From the NCBI GenBank assembly GCA_963845565.1, contig CAWJSJ010000001.1, positions 480,001 through 544,000 of the forward strand: a stretch of 64,000 bases of DNA. Direction: 5' to 3'. This document shows positions 39,520 to 49,371 of this stretch, in pieces. Position numbers and translations under genes: made by a program. The notes beneath the pieces are model-generated. The model had not been told where the DNA came from, made no database searches, and saw only the letters and a list, made by a program, of their open reading frames with translations. Position 1 is the stretch's first letter. Each line of letters opens with the position of its first letter. The stretch is from an uncultured Methylomirabilota bacterium (GTDB taxonomy: Bacteria; Methylomirabilota; Methylomirabilia; Methylomirabilales; 2-02-FULL-66-22).

Positions 39520-40046
39520 CACTGGCGAATCGCCTGACCATTCTCCGTATCCTGATGACGCCCGCCATCACGATCCTCTTGCTGTACAGACACATGGAAG
39601 CGGCGATCGCCCTCTTCTTGCTGGCGGGGATCACGGACGGTTTGGACGGGTTCGTTGCCCGGCGTCGGGGCCAGCGGACAGCCCTGGGCATGGTCCTGGA
39701 CCCCTTGGCCGATAAGCTGTTGCTGATGTCCTCGGTGATCACCCTGACCATTCTCCGGGAGTTGCCGCGGTGGTTCACCATCATCGTGGTGAGTCGTGAT
39801 CTGATGCTCATCGGGGGCGCGGTGATCCTGTACATGTTCGTCGGGAAGGTTTCCATGCCGCCGTCGTGGCTGGGGAAATGGACGACGTGCTTTCAGATCG
39901 CGACCGTGCTGTTGGGTATGCTGGACAATCTCGTGCCCAGCCTGCGGGTCACCTTGATGCCGTGCGCGGTGATCACGACGGCCCTGACGATCGGGTCGGG
40001 CCTCGACTACGTCTATCGCGGCACCCGCCTTCTGAACGACCAGTGA
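39513..40046 (+). CDS. CDP-alcohol phosphatidyltransferase
   Basis: DGLDGFVAR..G..LDPLADK motif. Confidence 0.9.
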   Translation: MLTLANRLTILRILMTPAITILLLYRHMEAAIALFLLAGITDGLDGFVARRRGQRTALGMVLDPLADKLLLMSSVITLTILRELPRWFTIIVVSRDLMLIGGAVILYMFVGKVSMPPSWLGKWTTCFQIATVLLGMLDNLVPSLRVTLMPCAVITTALTIGSGLDYVYRGTRLLNDQ

Positions 40047-40076
40047 TCCGCCGCACTGGCGGTTGAGGGATCTCTC

Positions 40077-41396
40077 ATGCCGATGAAGTCGCTGACGATC
40101 CAGGCAGTGGAGGCGGGTAGCCCGGCGGCGGAGGCGGGTGTGACGGCGGGTGCAACGCTGGTCAGCGTCAATGGCCAACCGATCCAGGACGCGCTGGAGC
40201 TGCGTTTCGCGGAGACGGCGAGCCGGGTCGTCCTCGTCTGGCGCGACGACGGCGGGACCGAACGCCGATCGATCATCCGGAAGCCGGATGACCTGGCGCT
40301 CGGCTTGGAGGTGGATCCCCTCAAGATGCACGCCTGCAACAACAAGTGCGCCTTCTGCTTCGCCCATCAAAACGCCCGGGGGATGCGGCGAGCCCTCTAC
40401 TTCAAAGACGACGACTACCGCTTCTCCTTTCTGAACGGCAATTTCGCCACGCTGACGAATCTGACCGAGGCGGACACCGCGCGAATCATCGCGCAGCGGC
40501 TCTCGCCGCTGTACGTCTCAGTCCACGCCACCGACTGCGCGCTTCGGCGCCAGCTGCTCGGCAATCCGAACGCACCGGACGTGCTCGGGCAGATCGCTCG
40601 ATTCGCCGCTGCCCGGATTGCCATGCACACCCAGGTGGTTCTCTGCCCGGGACTCAACGATGGTGCGCAGTTGGCCAAGACCCTGGAGGACCTGGCATCC
40701 TTCCATCCCTTCGTCGAAACCGTTGCGTTGGTACCCGTCGGGCTCACGCAGTACCGCGAGAAGCTTCCGGTGCTCCGATCGCCCGACCCAGACTACGCCC
40801 GGGCGCTCCTGCGGTGGGCCGAACCGTGGCGGCGGCGGTTCCGGCAGGACCTGGGGACACGATTCGCCTTTCCGTCCGATGAGTTCTATCTCCTGGCGGG
40901 CCGTCCCTTCCCGTCGGGGCAGAGCTATGAGGGGTATCCACAACTGGGGAACGGAGTCGGGGGGTGTCGGAAATTCTTGGATGAGTTCCGTCGGCTGACG
41001 GGCACACTTCCGGCTGCCATGGCGCCGGCGCGGTCGGCGAGTGTCGTCACCGGAACGCTCGCGGTGCCCGTGCTCGCCGATGCGGTGGCCCGTCTGAACC
41101 GGGTGCGGGGTCTCCGGGTCGATCTGATCCCGGTGGCCAACACCTTTTTTGGCGGGTCGGTCACCTGCGCCGGACTATTGACCGGGACGGACATTCGTCG
41201 AACGCTCGATCAGGAACGGGGCCGCGTCGGTGACGTCGTCCTGATTCCCTCGGTTGCCTTCAAGGACGAGGAGGATATCCTTCTCGATGACGTGACGCTC
41301 GCCACTGTAGAGGCTGGGATCGGCCGGCGGGTACTTCGGGTGGAGGCCACAGCGCGCGGGTTGGCACGGACGCTCTGCGAGGCCTTCCCGGAGTAG
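40077..41396 (+). CDS. PDZ plus DUF512 radical-SAM-like protein
   Basis: N-terminal PDZ; CNNKCAFCF, KDDDYR.SF, SDEFY and GNGVG motifs. Confidence 0.88.
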   Translation: MPMKSLTIQAVEAGSPAAEAGVTAGATLVSVNGQPIQDALELRFAETASRVVLVWRDDGGTERRSIIRKPDDLALGLEVDPLKMHACNNKCAFCFAHQNARGMRRALYFKDDDYRFSFLNGNFATLTNLTEADTARIIAQRLSPLYVSVHATDCALRRQLLGNPNAPDVLGQIARFAAARIAMHTQVVLCPGLNDGAQLAKTLEDLASFHPFVETVALVPVGLTQYREKLPVLRSPDPDYARALLRWAEPWRRRFRQDLGTRFAFPSDEFYLLAGRPFPSGQSYEGYPQLGNGVGGCRKFLDEFRRLTGTLPAAMAPARSASVVTGTLAVPVLADAVARLNRVRGLRVDLIPVANTFFGGSVTCAGLLTGTDIRRTLDQERGRVGDVVLIPSVAFKDEEDILLDDVTLATVEAGIGRRVLRVEATARGLARTLCEAFPE

Positions 41397-41727
41397 AACG
41401 ACACCGCACGTGTTGACCGTCGCGGTCGGCGATGTGCACGTTTTCCGTCGGTCGCGAATCCGCGACGCCATCCTATTCTCCTGCCTTCACGCGACCTGTG
41501 CGCTGACGAGGTTCGCGGCCGAGACGGGTCGCCAGGCGGCCAGCCGATTTTCCCCTTGACGAGGCGGGCGAACAGCATGTAATAGGCCTACGGGGCCCCA
41601 GGGTCCGCCTGAGGTCTGGTCTAACCCATCGTCTCAAGCGGTTCGCGGAGGGGTCGACCGGCCGTTTCCCGGCTCCCGGGGAATGGAACCACTCTTGCGG
41701 CCTTGACTGGAGAGAAAGGAGGGGGTC

Positions 41728-42717
41728 ATGAAAAGGAATCGCGTGGGTATTCCGCTTGCCTTACTCTTATTGGCGGTGTTCGCCGCGCCGGTGCTCGCGG
41801 TGGATATGGGCTTGATCACCGGGTCGGACAAAGGCACCTATTACCAGTTCGGCCTGAACCTGCAGGGCTTGGTCAAACAGGGGGACATCGATCTCAACGT
41901 CTATACCTCAAAAGGCTCGGTCGAGAACATCTACGCGGTCTTCCAGCGACCGGCCACACAGATGGGAATCGTGCAGTCGGATGTGCTCGCTTTTGTCTCG
42001 CGGGTGCAAACCGATCCGGTACTCAAGCGGATCGCGAAGAAGATCAAGATGGTGTTTCCGCTCTACAACGAGGAGATCCACGTGCTGGGCCGTAGCGACA
42101 TCGTGGATTTCGACGATCTGGCGGACAGGCGGGTGGCCATCGGGCGAGAAGGGAGCGGGACGTACCTGACGGCGAGGTTGCTCTTCAAGGTGTCCGAGGT
42201 GCAGCCGAAGGAGATGGTACTCATCGACACCGACGAGGCGTTGGCCGAGCTGAAGGCGGGGCGCATCGACGCCATGTTCTATGTTGCCGGGTATCCGGTC
42301 AAGTTGTTTGCGGAGGGCGTGACCGGCACCGACGGACTGGCGCTGATTCCGATCACCAACAAGAGCATCGTGGAATTCTATCCCACGGTCGAGATCCCGG
42401 CGCGGACGTACAGTTGGCAGGCCAACCCGCTGAATACGGTTGCGGTCAAAGCGGTCCTGGTGTCGTACGACTTCCGGCGGGCCGACTGCGACTACGTGGG
42501 GCGATTCTCCCAGATCCTGCAGAGCAATCTGGAATGGCTCAAGCGGAACGGCCATCCGAAGTGGAAGTTCGTCGATTTGGAGTATCCCCTGAAGGGCTGG
42601 GAGCAATACGATTGCGTCCGAAAGTACACGCAGAAGCCCGGCAAGACGACACCGACCAAGCCGAAGGCCGCCGCCAATCCAGTGCTGGACGCGATCAAGG
42701 ACATGCTGAGTGAGTGA
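41728..42717 (+). CDS. TAXI-family TRAP solute-binding protein
   Basis: Signal peptide; TG..GTYY, S.GS.EN, VQSD, LY.E.IH and GSGT motifs. Confidence 0.9.
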   Translation: MKRNRVGIPLALLLLAVFAAPVLAVDMGLITGSDKGTYYQFGLNLQGLVKQGDIDLNVYTSKGSVENIYAVFQRPATQMGIVQSDVLAFVSRVQTDPVLKRIAKKIKMVFPLYNEEIHVLGRSDIVDFDDLADRRVAIGREGSGTYLTARLLFKVSEVQPKEMVLIDTDEALAELKAGRIDAMFYVAGYPVKLFAEGVTGTDGLALIPITNKSIVEFYPTVEIPARTYSWQANPLNTVAVKAVLVSYDFRRADCDYVGRFSQILQSNLEWLKRNGHPKWKFVDLEYPLKGWEQYDCVRKYTQKPGKTTPTKPKAAANPVLDAIKDMLSE

Positions 42718-42866
42718 CGACCTCGGCGGACGTCGGCCGCGCGACGCGTCTGTCCGGGCACGCGGGTGATCGCGGCGGAGATGCGCTTTGGGCCGTTGGT
42801 AGGGCCAGGCCACGCGCACACCGGAGCGCCGGTGGTACGAGGCCCGACCTGGCAAGGGTTTTCGAG

Positions 42867-44294
42867 ATGACCACCACCATGGCACCGCAAATGGCGACTG
42901 GCGGCGGACAGCCGGTCGGCAGCGAGGTGCCTCGGCCGGCCGGCCGTCTGTCGGTGCGAGAGAGCGAGCGACCCGGTCGCGTGCCGGGGCAGTTGATCGC
43001 GGGTCGCTTCCGCGTCATTCAGGCGCTTGGCGCGGGAAGTCTTGGAGCGGTGTACCTCTGCGTGGAGACCGCGACGGCCAAGACGGTCGCGGTCAAGGTG
43101 TTTCGCCGCGACCTTGCGAAGGACCCGGAGTTCTCCGACGCCCTCCGGATTCAAGCGGCGCGCGCCATCGCGCTCGGCGAACGGCACGACGGCATCGTCC
43201 GGGTCCACGAATGCGGCCGGTCGTCCGACGGGACCCTGTTCGTCGTGATGGAATGCGTCAAAGGCCGAAGCCTCGCGGACATCATCCGTGCAGACGGCCC
43301 CCTGGAGGTCCGGCGAACCTTACGTCTGTGCGGTCAGGTGGTCTCGGCGCTGGAGGCGGCGCACGGGATGGGCGTGGTGCACGGGGATCTCCGGCCGCAC
43401 CAGGTGATGGTCGCAGGCTCGGGGGACGGGGAGGTCGTCAAGCTGAAGGGGTTCGAGGCATCAGGCGCCAAAGAGATCGGCCTGGCGGGTCACTTGCGCC
43501 GCGCCGGAGTCGTCCCATCCTTTCCGGAGTATACCGCGCCGGAGGAGATCGAGGGGGATGTCGTCACTCCTCGAACGGACATCTATGCGCTCGGCGTGGT
43601 GCTTTTCGAGATGCTGAGCGGAGCCGCGCCGTTTCGAGGAACCACGCCGGACGGGGTCCTGGCCAGACACCTTCAGGACACGGCCGCACCGGTCGATTCG
43701 CTCCGAACGGGTATCCCGGCCGTGGTGGCCCTCCGGGTGAGCCAGGCACTGGAAAAGGAGCCGGAGAAGCGCCAGCGATACGTCGGCGATGTCATCAACG
43801 AGTATCTCTTCGATCTGGCAGTCGACGAGTTGTTGGACGCGGCAGCACGGAATCGCCCTTGGGCCGTCCGGAAGATGTCTGCGGCGGTTCAGGCCTGCCT
43901 GCCCAGAGCGAGCGAGGACGGCGAGGAGCGGACGGTCGGGAGGATCGTCCTGAAGACCCTGGCCGGCGCGGCGGTCGCCACTGCCGTGCTCGGTCCGGTG
44001 GCCTGGATCGCGTCGCCGTTCTGGCTGCCCGTATTCCGGACGACGGCGTCGGTCGGATCGACGGTCACCGATGCCCGCGACGCAGAGCGGGGTGGAGGGA
44101 GCGGACCGGTGAGTCCGTCCATACCGACCATCCCGGCCGACGCTCCGGTGGAGACCGTAGACGCGGACAGCACGCCGACGCAAACCCCGGACGAGGTCCG
44201 CGAGCAGAAGCGGTCTGCCACCGTTCGGGCCCGACAGGATGGGAGAACGTCGTCCACGGTGAGCGGGACCGCGGGGCGCGAACCGCGCGCATGA
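42867..44294 (+). CDS. Hanks-type Ser/Thr kinase-like membrane protein with degenerate catalytic motifs
   Basis: GAGSLG, VAVK, HGDLRPHQ, GFE in place of DFG, YTAPE, DIYALG; TM helix and Pro/Thr-rich tail. Confidence 0.8.
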   Translation: MTTTMAPQMATGGGQPVGSEVPRPAGRLSVRESERPGRVPGQLIAGRFRVIQALGAGSLGAVYLCVETATAKTVAVKVFRRDLAKDPEFSDALRIQAARAIALGERHDGIVRVHECGRSSDGTLFVVMECVKGRSLADIIRADGPLEVRRTLRLCGQVVSALEAAHGMGVVHGDLRPHQVMVAGSGDGEVVKLKGFEASGAKEIGLAGHLRRAGVVPSFPEYTAPEEIEGDVVTPRTDIYALGVVLFEMLSGAAPFRGTTPDGVLARHLQDTAAPVDSLRTGIPAVVALRVSQALEKEPEKRQRYVGDVINEYLFDLAVDELLDAAARNRPWAVRKMSAAVQACLPRASEDGEERTVGRIVLKTLAGAAVATAVLGPVAWIASPFWLPVFRTTASVGSTVTDARDAERGGGSGPVSPSIPTIPADAPVETVDADSTPTQTPDEVREQKRSATVRARQDGRTSSTVSGTAGREPRA

Positions 44295-44648
44295 AGGGTG
44301 CTCCGCCGCGAAGTGCGCGACGGACGGATCAACCGCCGATCTCGGCCGCCGTGGGGCCAAACGCCCGGCCCGACCGATCCGCCGGTGAACCGGTGGCTCC
44401 TCGCCGCGAGGCGCTACCGTCCCGCGGAGAGGTGACCGACCCCGGGGCGATCATCGACTGGCTGCTGCGGGGACGGTGACCGGATCGTCCGTCGTGACCC
44501 ATGGAACGTCCCGTGCCCTTCCTTCCTCGGCGGGTCGAGTGGTCCTCATTTCGCAGTGCGATGCCCTCCGGTCCGGCCCACAAGGTCTGGTTGACCCTCC
44601 GGGACGCTGTTGTTCGGTGTGGGCGGTGCCGGTGTCGATGGGAGACTC

Positions 44649-45257
44649 ATGCGGCGCGCCATCGTGCACTTGAAGCACGCGGACCCGGTCCTGCGGGGAA
44701 TCATCGAGCGGGTCGGACCCTGCCGGATCCAGTTTGCGGAGCCGGATTTCGAGACGTTGGCACGGAGCATCGTGTTTCAGCAACTCAGCGGCGCGTCGGC
44801 GCGCGCGATCTTCTCTCGTGTGAAGACGGCAACGAGCGGCAACGGACGGATGACGCCGGGAGGGATTCTGTCGCTCGGGGACCGGGAGCTTCGCGCCGCC
44901 GGGCTGTCCCAGCAGAAAACGACGTACCTCCGCGCTCTGGCCGAGCGGACCCGGCGCGGGCAGATCGATTTCACCCGACTGCCGTCACTCGCCGACCGAG
45001 AGGTGATCGAGCACCTTGTGGTCGTGAAAGGCGTAGGGGTGTGGACGGCGCAGATGTTCCTGCTCTTTGCCCTGCGACGACCCGACGTCCTTGCGACGGG
45101 CGATCTCGGGGTTCGATCCGCCATCCGCGCCGCCTATCGGCTTCGGACGCTTCCGACCGCTGCCAGGATCGAGAAACTTGCGATCGGGTGGCATCCTTAC
45201 TGTAGCGTCGCATGCTGGTACCTCTGGCGAAGCCTCGAGGCTATCCCGCCTGCCTGA
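44649..45257 (+). CDS. DNA-3-methyladenine glycosylase II (AlkA-like HhH-GPD)
   Basis: IVFQQLS, KGVGVWTAQMFL, GDLGVR and W.PY.S.A.WYLW motifs. Confidence 0.9.
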   Translation: MRRAIVHLKHADPVLRGIIERVGPCRIQFAEPDFETLARSIVFQQLSGASARAIFSRVKTATSGNGRMTPGGILSLGDRELRAAGLSQQKTTYLRALAERTRRGQIDFTRLPSLADREVIEHLVVVKGVGVWTAQMFLLFALRRPDVLATGDLGVRSAIRAAYRLRTLPTAARIEKLAIGWHPYCSVACWYLWRSLEAIPPA

Positions 45258-45363
45258 CCCGTTGATCGAGATTGAACCTGCGTTCCGACACTGATTCAGC
45301 GCCGACTTTCCCCTTGGGTTCGGCGGCGCGTGGTGGTACCTTAACGGCTCTTCGGGAGATCGT

Positions 45364-46572
45364 ATGAGCTGTGTGATGATTCACTATAACGAGATCGGGC
45401 TGAAGGGCAAGAACCAGCCCCTCTTCCTGCGCCGGCTGGAGGCGAATCTTCTCCAGGCGACGGCGGGGACGGGTGTTCGGCGCGTCGACGAGCGTTCGGG
45501 ACGCATGGTGCTGTCGCTCGCCCGGGATGCCGACTGGTCCGCCATTCGGGAGCGCGTGCGCTGCGTTTTCGGTGTGGCCAACTTCTCGCTGGCGGAGCGC
45601 ACGGAGCTCGATATGGCGGCTCTCAAGGCGGCGGTGGACCGCACGCTGGCGGGTCGCGCCTTCGGGTCCTTCCGGGTGGCCACGCGCCGGGCGTACAAGC
45701 CGTTTCCGTTGAACTCGGAGGAGATCAACCGCGAGATCGGCGCCCATGTGGTCGCCGGAACGCAGGCCCGCGTGAGCCTCGACTGCCCCGACCTGACCAT
45801 CCACGTCGAGGTGCTACCCCGGGACATCTATTTCTCGTACGGCCGGGAGGCGGGCCCCGGGGGTCTGCCCGTCGGGGTGAGCGGAAACGTGGTGGTCCTG
45901 CTGTCGGGCGGCATCGACTCGCCGGTGGCCGCCCATCGGCTGATGAAGCGAGGCTGTCGAGCGGTCTTCGTCCATTTTCATAGTTTTCCGTTCCAGGACG
46001 CCACCTCACGGGCCAAGGCGGCGGATCTGGTGCAATGCCTGACGCGGTTTCAATACCATTCGCGACTCTACCTGGTGCCGTTCGGCGAGGTGCAGCGCGA
46101 GATCGTGGCCGGGGCGCCGGGTCCACTGCGGGTGGTGCTGTATCGGCGGTTCATGGCCCGTATCGCGGCGGAGATCGCGCGACGGGAGGACGCCAAGGCC
46201 CTGGTGACCGGCGAAAGCTTGGGACAGGTCGCCTCCCAGACCTTGGAGAATCTGGCGGTGATTGAAGAAGCGGTCGAGATGCCGGTCCTGCGTCCGCTCA
46301 TCGGCAGCGACAAGGAGGAGATCGTCCAGCAGGCCCGCGCGCTGGGGAGCTATCCCATCTCCATTCTGCCCGACCAAGACTGCTGCAGCCTGTTCGTCCC
46401 GCGCCACCCGGCGACGTTTTCCACTCTGGCGGAGATCCGACAGGCGGAATCTCGTCTGGACGTGGCGCGTCTGGTGCGCGTGGCGGGGGAGCAGGTGGAG
46501 ATCCGGGCTTTCGAGTTTCCCGCGGCCGTCCCCGCAGCGCCGCCCGCGGCCACTGCCGCCTCCGCGGGCTGA
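45364..46572 (+). CDS. thiI: tRNA 4-thiouridine synthase
   Basis: EIGLKGKN, THUMP domain, SGGIDSPVA and GQVASQT motifs. Confidence 0.95.
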   Translation: MSCVMIHYNEIGLKGKNQPLFLRRLEANLLQATAGTGVRRVDERSGRMVLSLARDADWSAIRERVRCVFGVANFSLAERTELDMAALKAAVDRTLAGRAFGSFRVATRRAYKPFPLNSEEINREIGAHVVAGTQARVSLDCPDLTIHVEVLPRDIYFSYGREAGPGGLPVGVSGNVVVLLSGGIDSPVAAHRLMKRGCRAVFVHFHSFPFQDATSRAKAADLVQCLTRFQYHSRLYLVPFGEVQREIVAGAPGPLRVVLYRRFMARIAAEIARREDAKALVTGESLGQVASQTLENLAVIEEAVEMPVLRPLIGSDKEEIVQQARALGSYPISILPDQDCCSLFVPRHPATFSTLAEIRQAESRLDVARLVRVAGEQVEIRAFEFPAAVPAAPPAATAASAG

Positions 46573-46618
46573 GCGGCTGTCGTTTCCCGTGTCGAAACAC
46601 GGGGGTATCCGGACCCGC

Positions 46619-48316
46619 ATGGAAGGAACAGTCGTGGAACAACTCAAGCAGGCATTAACCCTCGAACTGGGGGGGGCGCTCCAGCGCGCGGCAGCGGCGG
46701 AAGGTTGGCCGGCGGTGGCCACGCCCGAGGTGCAATGGGAGTATCCGCCCGATAGCGCATTCGGGGACCTGTCCACGCCGGTGAGCTTCGCGCTGGCCAA
46801 GCTGGTCCGTCGGAAGCCGCGGGATATCGCGGCGGCCCTGCAGCGGGCGATGACGATCGACCCCGCGCTGGTGGAGAAGGTCGAGATCGCGGGCGCCGGC
46901 TACCTGAACATCTTCGTGGCGAAGACGCGGTGGCAGGCCGTGATCCGAGAGGTCCTGGCGGCGGGCGGCGAATACGGCCGGGCGGACTCGGGTCAGGGGC
47001 AGCGCGTGCAGGTGGAATTCGTCAGCGCGAATCCTACCGGGCCGCTGCATGTCGGGCACGGACGCGGGGCGGCGCTGGGGGATGCCGTCGCCAGCTTACT
47101 GCAGGCGATCGGCTACCGGGTGGAACGCGAGTTCTACGTCAACGACGCGGGAACACAGGTGCGCCTGCTGGGCGGTTCGATCTGGGCGCGCCTCCAAGAG
47201 GCGGCCGGCCGGCCGGTCCCGTTCCCGGAGAATGGCTATCATGGGGAATACGTGCGGGATGTTGCCGCGCAGTTAGCCGCCGCCGATCCCGGGTTACGCG
47301 CGTTGCCGGGGGATCAGGGCGTGGCGGTCTGTGCCGAGCGCGGGTCTGCCATCCTGCTGGACGAGATCAAAACCGACCTGCGGCAGTTCGGGGTGATCTT
47401 CGATGCGTGGTTCTCGGAGCAGCGCCTGTTCGAGAGCGGGGAAGTGACCTCCGCGCTCGCGGCGCTGCGCGCCGGGGGGTACCTCTACGAGGATGGGACG
47501 GCCGTCGGGTTCCGTGCCAGCGATTTCGGCGACGAGAAGGATCGTATCCTGATTCGCAGCAGCGGCGAGCCGACCTATTTCACGTCCGACATCGCGTATC
47601 ACGCCAACAAGATTCGGCGTGGGTTCCAGAAACTCATCAACATCTGGGGCGCCGATCATGGCGGGTACATCCCGCGCGTCAAGGCGGCCATCCGCGCACT
47701 CGGACACGACCCCGAGATCCTCCAGGTCCTGCTGCTGCAGATGGTGCGCGTCCTGCGCGCAGGACAGCCGGTCCCCATGTCCAAGCGCTCCGGCCAGTTC
47801 GTCGAGCTGCGCGAAGTGGTGAACGAGGTCGGGAGGGATGCGGCGCGTTTTCTTTTTCTCACCCGGCGGTCGGAATCGCAGCTCGATTTCGACATCGAGG
47901 TGGCGAAGAAGCAGAGCATGGACAATCCGGTGTTCTACGTGCAGTACGCCCACGCCCGGGGGTGCAGCCTGGTGCGAAAGGCGGAAGAGGCAGGACTGAC
48001 GGGTCCCTACGGAGATGCGGACCTGGCGCTCCTGGCGCTGCCCGAGGAGGTGCAGATCATGAAGCACCTCGCCGTCTATCCCGAGACGGTGCAGAGCGCC
48101 GCACTGGCATGCGAGCCACACCGGGTGACCACATATCTGCAGGTGCTGGCGGCGGCCTTCCACGGCTATTTCACGCGCTACAAGGACAGCGAGGAGCGCG
48201 TCATCTCGGAGGACCGCGACCTGAGTCGGGCCCGCCTGGCGATGGTCGTGGCGGTCCGGCAGGTGGCGGCCAATGGGCTGGGTCTGCTGGGCGTCTCGGC
48301 GCCGGCGCGGATGTAA
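46619..48316 (+). CDS. argS: Arginyl-tRNA synthetase
   Basis: SANPTGPLHVGH, WGADH, MSKR and YVQYAHAR motifs. Confidence 0.97.
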   Translation: MEGTVVEQLKQALTLELGGALQRAAAAEGWPAVATPEVQWEYPPDSAFGDLSTPVSFALAKLVRRKPRDIAAALQRAMTIDPALVEKVEIAGAGYLNIFVAKTRWQAVIREVLAAGGEYGRADSGQGQRVQVEFVSANPTGPLHVGHGRGAALGDAVASLLQAIGYRVEREFYVNDAGTQVRLLGGSIWARLQEAAGRPVPFPENGYHGEYVRDVAAQLAAADPGLRALPGDQGVAVCAERGSAILLDEIKTDLRQFGVIFDAWFSEQRLFESGEVTSALAALRAGGYLYEDGTAVGFRASDFGDEKDRILIRSSGEPTYFTSDIAYHANKIRRGFQKLINIWGADHGGYIPRVKAAIRALGHDPEILQVLLLQMVRVLRAGQPVPMSKRSGQFVELREVVNEVGRDAARFLFLTRRSESQLDFDIEVAKKQSMDNPVFYVQYAHARGCSLVRKAEEAGLTGPYGDADLALLALPEEVQIMKHLAVYPETVQSAALACEPHRVTTYLQVLAAAFHGYFTRYKDSEERVISEDRDLSRARLAMVVAVRQVAANGLGLLGVSAPARM

Positions 48317-48386
48317 CCCACCGCTGACCATCAACCGCGGACCAGCGTCAAGGTCCCTCCGCTCGTGCGGGCAGACGATCACCCCC

Positions 48387-49211
48387 ATGAAGGACATGCA
48401 ACGGCACCTCCGGGATATGTTCGAGGATGTCCGACGCTTCCTGGTATGCGAGGGCCTCGGCCGACTCGATGTCGTCCAGATGAACGCCAAGGGCGACGTG
48501 ACCAAGGAGTTCGATTTCCTGGCGGAGGCGCGGATCATCGAGTGGTGCCGGCAGGCGATCGCCGAGCCGGTCCGGATCCTCACCGAGGAGCGGGGCGAGG
48601 TGCGCACGCGGCCCGGGCGGGCGGCGTGGACGCTGATCGTGGACCCCGTGGACGGCTCGGAGAACTTCGCGCGCGGCAACGAGTGCTCCTCGGTCTCGCT
48701 GGCCGCATTGCCGGGGGATGAGATTCCGCACCCCGACGCCGTTTCCCATGCCTTGGTCGGTCGGATCTTCGGCGGGACCGTCCTGGAGGCGGTCAAGGGA
48801 AACGGTGCGTGGCGCAATGGCGTCCCCGTGCGGCCGTCCACGGTGCAGCGGATCGAGGATGCGGTCGTCGGCGTCGATTTCTTCTTTCCGGACCACCGGA
48901 ACGTGGCGCGGCTCGACGGGCTGCTTCGTGCGGCCCGGGATGTCCGTCGCTTCGGAACCGCCGCCGGGGAGTTGGCGATGGTCGCCTGCGGTGGGCTGGA
49001 CGCGTATGTGGATGTGCGGGACGCCTTGACCCCGGAGAACTACATGGCGAGCGTCCTCATCATCGCCGAAGCGGGCGGGGTGGTCTCCGATCGGGTGGGC
49101 CGCCCGCTGGCGCCCATCACATCCATGACGCAGAGTCAGAACGTGGTGGCTGCAGCCAATCCGACGCTGCACCGCCAGATTCTCGGGGTGCTGGACGGCC
49201 GGTCACCGTGA
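48387..49211 (+). CDS. Inositol monophosphatase/FBPase family protein
   Basis: D..AE, TEE, DPVDGS.N and EAGG.V.D motifs. Confidence 0.85.
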   Translation: MKDMQRHLRDMFEDVRRFLVCEGLGRLDVVQMNAKGDVTKEFDFLAEARIIEWCRQAIAEPVRILTEERGEVRTRPGRAAWTLIVDPVDGSENFARGNECSSVSLAALPGDEIPHPDAVSHALVGRIFGGTVLEAVKGNGAWRNGVPVRPSTVQRIEDAVVGVDFFFPDHRNVARLDGLLRAARDVRRFGTAAGELAMVACGGLDAYVDVRDALTPENYMASVLIIAEAGGVVSDRVGRPLAPITSMTQSQNVVAAANPTLHRQILGVLDGRSP

Positions 49212-49371
49212 CGGGATCCGTCGGGTTCTCCGGCGGCAGACCGATCGGGTCGGGGGTGTGTCCGGGGCGCCGCGCGCCCTGCGGTTCGGTGCGGTCCGGT
49301 TGACGTTGAGGATCTTGCACGAGATCCCGGTGGGTGCCGGGATCCTCGCTCACCGAGAAGGAGAATGCGGC

